DNA of 32,000 nucleotides from an uncultured Actinomycetota bacterium (GTDB lineage Bacteria; Actinomycetota; Actinomycetes; Propionibacteriales; Nocardioidaceae): NCBI GenBank assembly GCA_963759525.1, contig CAVWZO010000016.1, positions 100,036 to 132,035 of the forward strand, read 5' to 3'. Shown piece by piece: positions 31,324 to 32,000 of this stretch (position 1 is its first letter; each line of letters starts with the position of its first letter). The notes under the pieces were generated by a model. It saw only the letters and a program-made list of their open reading frames with translations, ran no database searches and was not told where the DNA came from. The position numbers and the translations under genes were made by a program.

Positions 31324-31634
31324 GACCTACCCCCGAAAGCGTGAGAAGCCAGCAAATACCTCGTTTGACCCTCCTCCCATTCCGGTGCACCGGCAAGCGC
31401 TTCATTGGCCGGTCTAAGCCAGTCGACGGGTGGTTGAGCAGCCTTGCGTCGAGCAGCGAGCGGAAAGTCCGTCCACACTCCCCAACGGACCCCTTGTGCG
31501 GCTCGAGCAGGCGTCGAGTACCTCCCGCGTTGTCCTCAGCGGCCGAATCCGACGCCACGGTCGGCAGCGAGGCAGCGCGTCATTGCGGCTCGACGACTTT
31601 CGGCTCGAGCGCGTCACAGCCCCGGTCCAGCTCG

Positions 31635-32000
31635 TCAGTAGCTGAAGCTGGTGGCGCCCTCGTCGCCGATCCACTGCCACATCGGGATCGTGCCGCCGAG
31701 CTCGGCGTTCTCGAGCAGGTTCTCGGGGTCGAGTGCTTTGGCGTTGAAGCAGATCGGACAGACCAGGGTGCGGCCGCCGGCCGCGGCGTACCGCGCGAAC
31801 AGCTCGGGCAGCGGTGGGCACCCCTCGCAAGCGGTGCCGACCGCGACGCCTGGCTGTGCCAGGCGGACGGCCTCCTTGGTGAGGAACATGAGCGTCGGAC
31901 GGCCCTGCTCGGCCGCGCCGAGCGCCACAAGGAATGCGATCATGACCTTCTCGGGGTCCTCCAGGCCGGTGGCCAGGCTGATGAATGCCTTGTTCGACAT
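31635..32000 (-). CDS. DsrE/DsrF-like family protein
   Basis: 121 aa, with ATG exactly at 32000-31998: MSNKAFISLATGLEDPEKVMIAFLVALGAAEQGRPTLMFLTKEAVRLA...CPPLPELFARYAAAGGRTLVCPICFNAKAL. This is the typical DsrE-like small alpha/beta protein pattern with conserved Cys. Confidence 0.75.
   Translation of the reverse strand: MSNKAFISLATGLEDPEKVMIAFLVALGAAEQGRPTLMFLTKEAVRLAQPGVAVGTACEGCPPLPELFARYAAAGGRTLVCPICFNAKALDPENLLENAELGGTIPMWQWIGDEGATSFSY

Noticed and set aside
31382-31393. 12-bp perfect palindrome CCGGTGCACCGG about 60 nt upstream of the first Tc gene, as a possible operator
   Set aside because: Short GC-rich palindromes are expected frequently in DNA of this composition. It has no flanking extension or second copy. 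I note it only as something to include if the 311-bp leader (31324-31634) is tested experimentally.
1-32000. Searched for tRNA/rRNA genes, transposases, integrases, phage genes and att-like direct repeats flanking the Tc locus
   Set aside because: I recognised none. The intergenic regions are short (under 500 bp) and show no cloverleaf-like structure. The Tc operon is flanked by ordinary-looking metabolic and regulatory genes with the same codon style, so I cannot support calling it a mobile island from this window.

Overview
High-GC, actinobacterium-like chromosomal segment: third codon positions are mostly G/C and there are many long antisense shadow ORFs. I call about 16 protein-coding genes. 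I found no rRNA, tRNA, CRISPR array, transposase or integrase. All functional calls come from motif recognition by eye; no database search was possible.

Right-hand 18 kb (13409-31323, minus strand): a tightly coupled three-ORF Tc/ABC toxin-complex operon.
- An unusually long TcaA-like N-terminal part of the A subunit (2065 aa).
- A TcaB-like C-terminal part of the A subunit, carrying the channel and TcB-binding region (1181 aa).
- A 2719-aa natural TcB-TcC fusion with an SpvB-type N-domain, FG-GAP propeller, RHS/YD cocoon and an intact double-Asp Rhs-core autoprotease motif.
- The fusion's C-terminal cargo (~329 aa) shows no enzyme-like motif. It has an amphipathic-helix region followed by a Gly/Ala glycine-zipper hydrophobic region. 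This is my top candidate for something undescribed.

Left-hand 4 kb (351-4308, minus strand): an operon of uncharacterised genes.
- It ends in a 676-aa protein built from eleven virtually identical 93-bp tandem repeats (31 aa each, rich in His/Asp/Glu/Pro) fused to a C-terminal PIN-like nuclease domain.
- That gene contains a locally compensated frameshift island, and an upstream gene pair shows an unresolved frame hop.

Between the two clusters:
- a polytopic HisKA_3 sensor kinase with a PDZ-like domain, plus a NarL/LuxR response regulator;
- a 1222-aa polytopic membrane protein with a patatin-like lipase domain;
- a DUF4242-like small protein, an AraC-family regulator and a cupin.

A DsrE-like gene sits at the right edge.
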